Positions 56,046 to 64,000 of a stretch of 64,000 nucleotides of DNA are shown one piece after another. How positions within the stretch are numbered: the first letter of the stretch is position 1; every line of letters begins with the position of its first letter. Below the pieces are notes generated by a model. It was not told the origin of the DNA, searched no databases, and worked only from the letters and a program-made list of their open reading frames with translations. Position numbers and translations under genes: made by a program. This stretch comes from Candidatus Woesearchaeota archaeon. GTDB lineage: Archaea > Nanobdellota > Nanobdellia > Woesearchaeales > GW2011-AR9. Location of the stretch: contig JACRPH010000004.1 in NCBI GenBank assembly GCA_016214025.1, positions 17,370 to 81,369 on the forward strand, read 5' to 3'.

Positions 56046-56603
56046 TCACGCACTCAAGAACGCTACCGCAAATATGGCTATGGCAAACATTATCATCAAT
56101 CCCAGGACTTTAGGATGGAATAAAGTAGCATAAATGTTGCTTTCAAAACTGGAGGTAGCTACCCCTCCGCTGCCCGTGACATTAGTGGCATTAACTCCTT
56201 GTTGAAATGAGACTTCGGTCAGCGATTGCCCCAGCACTTTGCCGAAGGCAGCGACCATTATTACTAAAGCGATCCCTATCAGCGTCCAATATACTGCTTT
56301 ATCTTTCATCGCCGAAGTTAAATCAGCTTCCTTCGCTCCAAATATCTGGAATACCAGAATCACCAGCACTAAGAAGATAATTACTACTACAAACCATGGT
56401 ATCATAAAGTTAATTACGTCTATTAGTGTTTTGGAGAGCATGGTCATCAACGCAGCGGCTACGGCTATGGTGGCATTAGTTCCAATAGAATCTCCTAAAG
56501 CTTTGGTTTTTTGAAGTAGGGCATAAACTAAAACTAACACAAACAAAAACGGATAAATAGAGCTGAAATAGTTCAATAACCCTACATCAAGGAAAGTTGC
56601 CAT
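56046..56603 (-). CDS. Polytopic membrane protein, paralog 3
   Basis: IYPFLFVLVLVYALLQKTKALG...NATIA; about 5 TM helices. Confidence 0.8.
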   Translation of the reverse strand: MATFLDVGLLNYFSSIYPFLFVLVLVYALLQKTKALGDSIGTNATIAVAAALMTMLSKTLIDVINFMIPWFVVVIIFLVLVILVFQIFGAKEADLTSAMKDKAVYWTLIGIALVIMVAAFGKVLGQSLTEVSFQQGVNATNVTGSGGVATSSFESNIYATLFHPKVLGLMIMFAIAIFAVAFLSA

Positions 56604-56633
56604 TTTTTACTTGCATCCAAAATTCTAACGCAC

Positions 56634-57236
56634 CTATTTACTTCCTCCTCCTCTTTCAAACAGGCTGCTTACGCCTTTCCATAAGCTGCCCATTGCTTTT
56701 TCGCCCGTGCTTTTATCATCTTTAGTGATGAACCATATTATCACTCCGAATATCAATAGTATAATTATCAATTCAGTTACTTCCGGGCTCCACCACGAGA
56801 ACACATCATATGGCCCGTTCCACAACATCAGTGAAGCGCCAAAGATATAAATCACAAATCCTATGGAAATCAGCGCAATTATCGGAGCGGCAGCGGCAGA
56901 AAAGTTTGTTCCAAAGATGCCCATCAACAGCAACAGCATTATAGCCGCAACCGAAACTAAAGAGATGCTGGGCAGGGTTTCATTCATCACTTGTACCGGA
57001 TCATAGCCTAAAGGGTAACTGCCGATGATATGCGGGACGACAAACAATAACCCTAACACTAACGCGATAATTACATTAAACTGTTTGCGGTCTCCTAATA
57101 TTTTAGTCTTCTGCATTACTGCATATACAATGGTAAATACCAGAATGAACGGCAGCAGGAAATCCATGATTCCCCACGTTTGAAAATAATATGCTAAATT
57201 GGAAAAGGTTCCCCCCTGAAATATTCCGCTTACCAT
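56634..57236 (-). CDS. Polytopic membrane protein, paralog 2
   Basis: LLPFILVFTIVYAVMQKTKILG...NVIIA; about 5 TM helices; GGAGGT SD. Confidence 0.8.
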   Translation of the reverse strand: MVSGIFQGGTFSNLAYYFQTWGIMDFLLPFILVFTIVYAVMQKTKILGDRKQFNVIIALVLGLLFVVPHIIGSYPLGYDPVQVMNETLPSISLVSVAAIMLLLLMGIFGTNFSAAAAPIIALISIGFVIYIFGASLMLWNGPYDVFSWWSPEVTELIIILLIFGVIIWFITKDDKSTGEKAMGSLWKGVSSLFERGGGSK

Positions 57237-57272
57237 AATTTTACCTCCTTTTTCTTTTTTAATGTAAGTTTA

Positions 57273-57314
57273 TATACATACCCTTTTATACATGCCCTTT
57301 TATACATGCCCTTT
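57273..57314. repeat. Tandem repeat, 3 x 14 bp (TATACATRCCCTTT)
   Basis: Seen directly in the spacer between membrane paralogs 1 and 2. Confidence 0.85.
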
Positions 57315-57364
57315 AGTATATTAATCTTTGGTTACTCTCTTATTGCTTTACTTCTTTTATTGCT

Positions 57365-57928
57365 TTACTTCTTCTCACTGCTTTCTTTTTTAGGCAATGA
57401 TGAATCTCTGGTTACGTAAATTATGAACCCCAAGAGCACTACTAACATGATAATTCCTGCGGCCCATTCTTCGTTCCAGTACTCAAATACGGCAAATACA
57501 TATTGCAGCCAGTCCATGGCGTTGAGGAAGATTACCGCTAATCCAATAAACATAATTATGGTAAATATTTTGGTCCAAGTAGGAATATCTTTAAACGTAA
57601 ATTCTTTGTCTCCGAAGAACACACCTACCAGCATTAAGAAGCACACCCCTAAGATTAATAATAATACTACATTAGCCATCATCTGGTTGATAACTGAAAC
57701 TAATTGGGTGGAAGCGATAACCAAGAAAGATGTTACAAAAGCAACCATAGCATTAAGATTCTTCTTGGTATAATCTTTGCCATCTATTTTTTCCAGCCCC
57801 AAAACTTTAGTTTTCTCCAGAACCGCAAATACAATGGTGAAGACTAACAGGAATGGCAGTATTATGTCATATACCCCTATCTTATCTAAGAAGGTGATTA
57901 CTCCTCGGAATACGCTTTCTTCTGCCAT
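57365..57928 (-). CDS. Polytopic membrane protein, paralog 1
   Basis: ILPFLLVFTIVFAVLEKTKVLG...NAMVA; about 5 TM helices. Confidence 0.8.
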   Translation of the reverse strand: MAEESVFRGVITFLDKIGVYDIILPFLLVFTIVFAVLEKTKVLGLEKIDGKDYTKKNLNAMVAFVTSFLVIASTQLVSVINQMMANVVLLLILGVCFLMLVGVFFGDKEFTFKDIPTWTKIFTIIMFIGLAVIFLNAMDWLQYVFAVFEYWNEEWAAGIIMLVVLLGFIIYVTRDSSLPKKESSEKK

Positions 57929-58167
57929 TAATTCATCCTCTTTTTATTAAGTAGGACTAAAAAACAGGAGTATATAAATGTTTCTTCAGGGTTTGGGAAG
58001 TTTTTCAATTGGGAGAACGTTTTTCCCCGGCTCTTTCCAGACACAGTTTCACATGATAATCTTAAAAACGAAGACTTTAAATAGTAGTGGGAATTATCTT
58101 TTTTATTGCTGGTTGCAAGTTATTATTAACTGTTACAAGTCGTATTTAAAACAAGAGGTGGAAAAAA

Positions 58168-59598
58168 GTGAGGGCGGCATCATTTGCGTTTGGATTATCC
58201 TTAGCGTTGATTATCCTGTTATCTTCGGTGTGGGCAGATACAGTGGTAGCGTCTGCTGCAGTGGTTGATCATATTACAATTATTGATAAAGCCTATTTCA
58301 CTTTAAATGTAACTAATACGGATATTATCGAACACCAATATATCATTTCTTCTTCAGACTTGGCGTGGGCAATAGAACCTAAAGATAAAGTTAAGAAAAT
58401 TACCCTAATGCCAGGAGAGTCATATCTTACTGAGTTAGAGGTATATCCAGTAAAAGAATTGTCTCCGGGAATTTATCTAGTGCCAGTATATATCGGCGGG
58501 GATGCCAATGAGGAAGTACAGTTGAAAGTTTACTTGGGTTCGCTTACCCAACCAGGATATGCCCCCACAGTTAAAGTTACCGTGGATATGCCAGCTAAAG
58601 TTGATCCTAGCGCCTCGGTTTCTATAAAAATATTGTTACAGAACCTTAATGCATTGAATCTTACCGGAGTAAAAGTTAAGTTAAGCAGCGAAGAGCTGCC
58701 TGAGTTTGCCCAATCTGCCGTGGTAGATATTCCTTCTCTGGGAACTAAAGAAGTGGAATTCTCAATTACGCCTAATCCGCATCAGCAGCCGAAAGAGTAT
58801 ACGCTTAAAGTTGCGCTGGAGCGCTTTGGAGAGGATTTTAAAGTGGTGGAACAGGATATAGAAGTAGTTACACTGTTGCCGCCTTTTTCGGTTTCGAAAG
58901 TAGAGGAGAAATGGTCTTATCTGAAATTGTTTCAGGTGTTTGAAGTTAAGAATGGCGGGAATGTGTTAAACCAGCAAGAAGTTAGGGTGCCGGTTTCTTG
59001 GCTGCAGGCTTGGCTTGAGACTGGAAATGCTGAAGTTAAAACAGAGCAAGGGCAGAGATTTTTTACGTGGGGAGTTACTTTAGGGCCAAATAGCAGTACT
59101 GCAGTTTATTCTGCGATTGATTATCGTATTATTGTTTATATCGTGATAGTGTTAGCATTGTTGATTTGGTTTTATATATATACTAGTTGTCCGTTAGCGG
59201 TTAAAAAGCATGCTATTGTTACCAAGAAAGATGATGAAGGGGCGTTGTCTGAGATTAAAATTACGATTGAGGTCAAGAATAAGTCGGGTAAGCAAGTTAA
59301 AGATGTGACAGTAGTTGATATTGTTCCAGCGTATGCCGTTTATCATAAGGGCGGGGTGGAAGCAGAAGAGATGGATGCTTCAGTCCGGCCGCAAAGAGTG
59401 ACTCATGGTAAAGAAGGCGCGCAGGTGATTTGGTCCTTATCAGATTTAGATGCTAAAGAGCAGAGAGTGATGAGTTATCACCTGAAAGCTAAACTGAATA
59501 TTTTGGGGGCAATCAGCTTGCCGAGAGCTACTGCTGAGTATATGAAGAAAGGCGGAAAGAAGAGGAAAGCATATTCCAATATATTTAAGCTGGAGTAA
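58168..59598 (+). CDS. Cell-surface Ig-like/CARDB-like protein with signal peptide, TM helix and further Ig-like domain
   Basis: Signal peptide, beta-rich repeats (LNVTNT..LMPGES; LQNLN; VKNGGN), TM IIVYIVIVLALLIWFYIY, then ITIEVKN...VVDIVP...LPRA. Confidence 0.7.
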   Translation: MRAASFAFGLSLALIILLSSVWADTVVASAAVVDHITIIDKAYFTLNVTNTDIIEHQYIISSSDLAWAIEPKDKVKKITLMPGESYLTELEVYPVKELSPGIYLVPVYIGGDANEEVQLKVYLGSLTQPGYAPTVKVTVDMPAKVDPSASVSIKILLQNLNALNLTGVKVKLSSEELPEFAQSAVVDIPSLGTKEVEFSITPNPHQQPKEYTLKVALERFGEDFKVVEQDIEVVTLLPPFSVSKVEEKWSYLKLFQVFEVKNGGNVLNQQEVRVPVSWLQAWLETGNAEVKTEQGQRFFTWGVTLGPNSSTAVYSAIDYRIIVYIVIVLALLIWFYIYTSCPLAVKKHAIVTKKDDEGALSEIKITIEVKNKSGKQVKDVTVVDIVPAYAVYHKGGVEAEEMDASVRPQRVTHGKEGAQVIWSLSDLDAKEQRVMSYHLKAKLNILGAISLPRATAEYMKKGGKKRKAYSNIFKLE

Positions 59599-59715
59599 AT
59601 ATCCTAACACTGCTCGACTAACTATACTTTCCAGAATGAAAACCTTTATATAGAAGCGCTGGTGTTGACGTTTACATAAAAATAACTATTAAAACATAAA
59701 GAGGGAGAGTGAAAC

Positions 59716-60105
59716 ATGAAAGACTTTTTTTTACAATTAAAGGAAGCCTTTGCGGGATCTTCTGGTGCGCCGGGAGTTGATTCTGAAGCTTATCCCGAAG
59801 TGGGTTCAGCAGCTAAAGAGGATCGCAGCAAGGTTACAGTGCGTCCATTCGTGATGGAAGAGTTTGAAGATATTAAAGAGATCTTGGACGTATTGAGAGA
59901 AGGATCTACCGTGGCCTTGATCAACATCAAGCCGTTGAAGGACAAAGATATTGTAGAGCTGAAGAGAGCTATTTCCAAGCTGAGAAAAACCACTGAAGCT
60001 ATTGACGGGGATATTGCCGGATTTGGCGAGGATTATGTTGTAGCTACCCCGCAATTTGCCCGGATTCACCGCCAGAGGCAGGTGGAGATGAGCGAAGTAG
60101 AATAA
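59716..60105 (+). CDS. sepF: Cell division protein SepF
   Basis: FEDIKEILDVLREG..ALINI...LKRAISKL...IDGDIAG...VVATP. Confidence 0.85.
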   Translation: MKDFFLQLKEAFAGSSGAPGVDSEAYPEVGSAAKEDRSKVTVRPFVMEEFEDIKEILDVLREGSTVALINIKPLKDKDIVELKRAISKLRKTTEAIDGDIAGFGEDYVVATPQFARIHRQRQVEMSEVE

Positions 60106-60222
60106 AGTTTTATTTTTATTAATTGTTGATTTCTGAGGTTGTTTTTGGTTCCGTTCTTAACTGTTAATTGGGGTTGTCGTCGGAAGCACAAACTTTTATA
60201 AATAAACCACGATTTATATCAC

Positions 60223-61461
60223 TCACGCCACGGTCGCATAACCTGGTATTGCGCGGATTCGTTGGAGTTGTATATTCTCAACGGAGCGGAAGATTGCTAA
60301 GGGCTGTTCGTCCTTACGATATGCCTCAATACCACACAAATATCCCGTCCCTTTGGGATTTTGTATTCCGGTATACAACTCATACATCTTTCGGGAAACC
60401 GGGCCGATTCCGCCATTACCAACTACAACTTCAGGCAATACTTCTTCCAGTGGGCTGCTTTTCTTTCCATTGAAGTCCAATAAATATCTCTCCACGGGTG
60501 AAACTACCGCTGCCGTTCCCAATCCTCCGCATTCAGTTATTCTTTTAGAATACAAGCCAATGAGGAAATTAATTACGGAAATCTTCTCCTGCCGTACCGG
60601 ATGCCCTAATTCCTCTGCTAATTCCAGAAACGAGCAGGCCGTAATCGATTTTAAAATAGTATCATTAAATTCAGGAATAATAATCTCTTCTTCTGTGGTT
60701 ACCTGATAATGATTCATAGCACCGTACTCGGTCAGATATTTATTATGAACATCCAAATATAATACTTGCTGCGCTCCCAACATCTCCGCTATACTTCCGG
60801 GGAGGATAGAATTAGAATAATTCCCAATAATTTTGCCATCTCCAGCACTGTTAGGAGCAACCCGTTTGTATCTGTCACTAAGCAGCATGGCTCCAGAATT
60901 AAAGCCTTGGGGGAAATACGGTCCGCTGGGAGATAGAAAAACGACATAAAGGCAATGTTCTCCTGCATGAACCCCTAATTTATCATCTACGGCTATGGTT
61001 AAAGGACGAATATACATTGATGCCCCTTCCTGCTGCGGCACCCATTTTCTATCCACATCCAGCAAAGCTTCAATAGATTGTATTTGGTCTTCTACTGGAA
61101 TCGAGGGAAGTTTAATTTTTCCGGAAGAATAGTTATGTCTATGTGCATTCTGGTCAATTCTGAACGTGCGTATCTCTCCATCTTCATGCAAAAAAGCTTT
61201 AGCCCCTTCAAACGACCCCAAGCCGTAATTAATAACCAAGCTTCCTGGAAGGAGGTGAGTTTTTTCTCCATCAATGATTATCTCAATTGGGCCGTACGGA
61301 AGAATTCGAGGAGAACGCCATTCACCATCTAAGTATTCCATTGAAAGCATATGCTCAGAACGCAGCTTCCCAAACGGCAGCTTCCCTTCCGGCTTAAACT
61401 GCTCCTTCCGCTTATCCGGTTTAAGAGAATATTGGATATGTAACATATTTAAATCTAACAT
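60223..61461 (-). CDS. ilvE: Branched-chain amino acid aminotransferase (PLP fold IV)
   Basis: LPFG...HM, NYGLGSFEGAKAF, FRIDQN, MYIRP, SPSGPYF, GKIIGNY (catalytic K), EYGAMN, ILKSIT, GTAAVVSPV. Confidence 0.88.
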   Translation of the reverse strand: MLDLNMLHIQYSLKPDKRKEQFKPEGKLPFGKLRSEHMLSMEYLDGEWRSPRILPYGPIEIIIDGEKTHLLPGSLVINYGLGSFEGAKAFLHEDGEIRTFRIDQNAHRHNYSSGKIKLPSIPVEDQIQSIEALLDVDRKWVPQQEGASMYIRPLTIAVDDKLGVHAGEHCLYVVFLSPSGPYFPQGFNSGAMLLSDRYKRVAPNSAGDGKIIGNYSNSILPGSIAEMLGAQQVLYLDVHNKYLTEYGAMNHYQVTTEEEIIIPEFNDTILKSITACSFLELAEELGHPVRQEKISVINFLIGLYSKRITECGGLGTAAVVSPVERYLLDFNGKKSSPLEEVLPEVVVGNGGIGPVSRKMYELYTGIQNPKGTGYLCGIEAYRKDEQPLAIFRSVENIQLQRIRAIPGYATVA

Positions 61462-61515
61462 TAAACCCTTTAAATAAAGATTGCGATACTGAAAGATAGC
61501 TATTGGAGCACTGCT

Positions 61516-61926
61516 TCACAACCCATAAAACACCAGCACCGCTATCACAAATCCCAGTACAGAACCAACCGTAACCTGCAGCGGAGTATGCCCCATAGAA
61601 AAATGCGTCTTGTCTTTAAGCTTTAATTTTTGGATCATCTCATTAATTACCACTCCTTCTTCTCCTACCGTTCTTCGTACACCAAATGCATCTCTAACGA
61701 CAATAAACGCCAACACTAAACTGATTGCAAAGGCAGTAGAAGTTCCTTCTTCCAGATAAATGATAGTAGCTAAAGAAACCACAAATGCTGAATGAGAACT
61801 GGGCATCCCTCCGGTTACGACTAAATCATGCCAGCTTAATGATTTGTGCCTGAACCACAACCCAACTAATTTAATCAACTGGGCGCCGAATCCGGCTAAG
61901 AGCAGAGTCAGTATTATTTTATTCAT
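61516..61926 (-). CDS. Divergent PAP2-family (DUF212) membrane protein
   Basis: AQLIK, TGGMPSSHSAFV, DAFGVRR, GHTPLQV..G. Confidence 0.9.
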   Translation of the reverse strand: MNKIILTLLLAGFGAQLIKLVGLWFRHKSLSWHDLVVTGGMPSSHSAFVVSLATIIYLEEGTSTAFAISLVLAFIVVRDAFGVRRTVGEEGVVINEMIQKLKLKDKTHFSMGHTPLQVTVGSVLGFVIAVLVFYGL

Positions 61927-62037
61927 GTTCTGGAGGTAATATTTGGGGGTTTATATATGTTGCTGAGATGCAAACTGCAGCCCAACAATAAGATATATAA
62001 ACCTTTAAGCTATTCCTACCCCATAAAAGAGGAAAAG

Positions 62038-63627
62038 ATGAAGAATAAGCTAGTTTTGTGGCTATTGGTGGTAGTTCTAGTTATATCTACATTCGTTATC
62101 GCTCAAGAACCCTTTCCTTGTGGAACAGATGAAGATTGCATATATAACGTTGACAATGAATCTTATTGCGACCCCACCAGCCTTTTATGTGTTCCTCCCC
62201 CGCCTGAAATTCCTCCTGAAGAGTCGCTTTATGCGCCTCCTGCTCCAGCTATAGAAACCAGCGCCATTACTTCTTTACAGCTTCAAATTGACACCCTGCA
62301 GATTAGCCTAGATGAACTATCGTCACAAATAAATCTTTTAGGGTCCGATACTAATTACAAATTAGCCGATATCGAAGCAAAATTACAGTCCCTCTCCGAT
62401 AAATTAAATGCTCTCAAATCCAAAGATATACCTACATTTAACACCGGCTTAGCTATGTTGCAGCAAGATGTAAACGAGACCAGTGCCGAACTCAGCTCGG
62501 TGCAGGAAGAACTGGACCGAAAAGGATTCGTGTTATATTCATTTCTGGTGGTAGTGTTGTTAATGGTATTAGGTGGAGTGGTATATTATTTGTGGTATAA
62601 AACTGGTGAAAGTAAAGAGGTTGCCCTTCCTCGAAGCTCCTACGCTTACATTACTAAAATGATAAAGCAGGGAAAGAAATTTCCGCATATTAAAACTGAA
62701 TTAATTAAAGCCGGCTGGTCAGATGAAGAGATAGAACAAGCCTACAAAGAGACTACCAAACATAACTACCAGCGTTTCTTGCAGAGGAGCCAGCCAGGAA
62801 CGGCAGCTAAAATATCCGCTTCTCCCAGCTCTTTTTCGCACCCTAAAACTTCTTCATTCAACCCGCAGATAAAAGCGGTCGCCATAGCGGTAGTTTGCTT
62901 AATCCTGCTCGGCGGAGGAATCTTATTGTTAGGGAACACCGTTGGAAAAGCTATTTACTTTCAGAAACTTATCGGAGGCTCAACCACTAAGACTGCAGGA
63001 GAGATAACTTATACTGTAGAATGCACCCCGCCGCATAGATTAAATCCAGAACAGAATGGCTGCTGCTTGGATGTCAACAATAATGCCCAATGTGATAACT
63101 TGGAAAACCTCCCTGCACCCAATATCACCGGTCCAACTGCCGGGACTAAGTGCTTGGATCATCAGCAATGCGGAGCTGACAAATGTATAAACAACCTTTG
63201 CACACCGCCGACATATTATACCAAATCATTAGGTTCCTGCTCTAAAGTATGCAACTATTACAGCGTGGAAGTCATAACCAGCGATGGAGAGAGATATAAT
63301 TTACGCCCGGGAGAAGGAAGTTATACTGCAGCTGGAGCGTTAGATTGGACCATAATGAAAGCACCTAATCATTGCATTGAAGAATCAGTAGTTGTTCCCA
63401 TTGAAATTTCCCGAAAGAAAACCGGCGGGAAGATCATCAATACTGAACTCATAACTTTAGGAAAAGGAGAAACCAGTGCTACTTTAAAACACGCTTTCGT
63501 TCCTAAGCTGGGGTTTACGCTTAAAGTGAATTGGGTGTCTGAATTATGCGCTCCCAACGAAGCTGAGTTGAAAGCATCGATGATAAAACAAGGCTTGGCG
63601 GAAGCGAAGCTGAAGGCGAAAGGATGA
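62038..63627 (+). CDS. Multi-domain membrane/surface protein (Cys-rich, coiled coil, two internal TMs)
   Basis: Signal peptide from ATG 62038, CxxDxDC module, Pro-rich linker, coiled coil, TM, YITKMIKQG..IKTELIKAGWS domain, TM-NTVGKAIYFQ, CCLDVNNNAQCD Cys-rich ectodomain. Confidence 0.75.
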   Translation: MKNKLVLWLLVVVLVISTFVIAQEPFPCGTDEDCIYNVDNESYCDPTSLLCVPPPPEIPPEESLYAPPAPAIETSAITSLQLQIDTLQISLDELSSQINLLGSDTNYKLADIEAKLQSLSDKLNALKSKDIPTFNTGLAMLQQDVNETSAELSSVQEELDRKGFVLYSFLVVVLLMVLGGVVYYLWYKTGESKEVALPRSSYAYITKMIKQGKKFPHIKTELIKAGWSDEEIEQAYKETTKHNYQRFLQRSQPGTAAKISASPSSFSHPKTSSFNPQIKAVAIAVVCLILLGGGILLLGNTVGKAIYFQKLIGGSTTKTAGEITYTVECTPPHRLNPEQNGCCLDVNNNAQCDNLENLPAPNITGPTAGTKCLDHQQCGADKCINNLCTPPTYYTKSLGSCSKVCNYYSVEVITSDGERYNLRPGEGSYTAAGALDWTIMKAPNHCIEESVVVPIEISRKKTGGKIINTELITLGKGETSATLKHAFVPKLGFTLKVNWVSELCAPNEAELKASMIKQGLAEAKLKAKG

Positions 63628-63641
63628 GTAAAAGTTACTTT

Positions 63642-63756
63642 ATAGTAAACTGCGTAACTTGCAGCACGTTTCCTTGTCCTGTACTTAAGCACTTGTCGGC
63701 GCAGTTTACTATTAGATAACTGCGTACTAATGTGATATAACTTACGCAGTTATCTA
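63642..63756. repeat. Two abutting inverted repeats sharing an AACTGCG core
   Basis: ATAGTAAACTGCG (63642-63654)/CGCAGTTTACTAT (63700-63712) and TAGATAACTGCGTA (63713-63726)/TACGCAGTTATCTA (63743-63756). Confidence 0.85.
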
Positions 63757-63911
63757 TAATTCGGGCATACCAAATGAATTTGTTTTAATAATCAATCCCT
63801 AACAGGTTGAATAACGAAGAAGAATCATCATTTATAGTTTCGCCCACTGCTTCTTTAATTGATCTTTCTCCAACAGAATAATTTATAAGCCAAAATGTTC
63901 TTTCTAGGGGA

Positions 63912-64000
63912 ATGGACACTGCTTTACTAATTATCCTAATAGTTATCGGTAATTTATCGCTGTACTGGCTGCTATGGGGAAAGAAGCAGTTTGAAGAGAA
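63912..64000 (+). CDS. Start of a small membrane protein (runs off window end)
   Basis: MDTALLIILIVIGNLSLYWLLWGKKQFEE, downstream of a TTTATAA box. Confidence 0.5.
   Translation, partial: MDTALLIILIVIGNLSLYWLLWGKKQFEE

Noticed and set aside
60223..60360. Atypical C-terminal tail of ilvE with short inverted repeats (TGGTATTG/CAATACCA)
   Set aside because: The stems are short, there is no target-site duplication and the frame stays open. I cannot distinguish it from ordinary divergence.
1..64000. CRISPR array, tRNA or rRNA genes
   Set aside because: I saw no regularly spaced repeat-spacer series or cloverleaf/rRNA signature in the intergenic gaps by eye. A covariance search could still find small RNAs.

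Overview
Archaeal DNA, most consistent with a DPANN lineage such as Woesearchaeota. This is inferred from archaeal PolB, LeuRS, GINS, Mre11, NMD3-like, Taw1, prefoldin and SepF genes, an expanded TrmB family, TATA-box promoters and near-absent biosynthesis. Housekeeping genes (polB, leuS, mutS, serS, mre11, gins, cmk, tgt, dispersed AmmeMemoRadiSam A/B/S) alternate with short accessory cassettes: toxin-antitoxin pairs, AbiE-like pairs, a Schlafen/AlbA_2 protein, a HATPase/STAS pair and TrmB-linked hypothetical genes. I saw no rRNA, tRNA, CRISPR array, integrase or reverse transcriptase. The most notable observations are: (1) a likely orphan DGR target gene with a variable-region-like NNY codon run; (2) a TadA/VirB11-like ATPase locus with two coiled-coil proteins and three tandem paralogous membrane proteins, a candidate DPANN contact or secretion machine; (3) a propeptide-less proteasome-beta-like protein divergent from a possibly exported JAB-motif protein; (4) two tiny MITE-like insertions with target-site duplications; (5) repeated duplication of gene 3' ends beside accessory cassettes; and (6) several in-frame internal deletions. 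All calls come from motif recognition by eye, with no database search.
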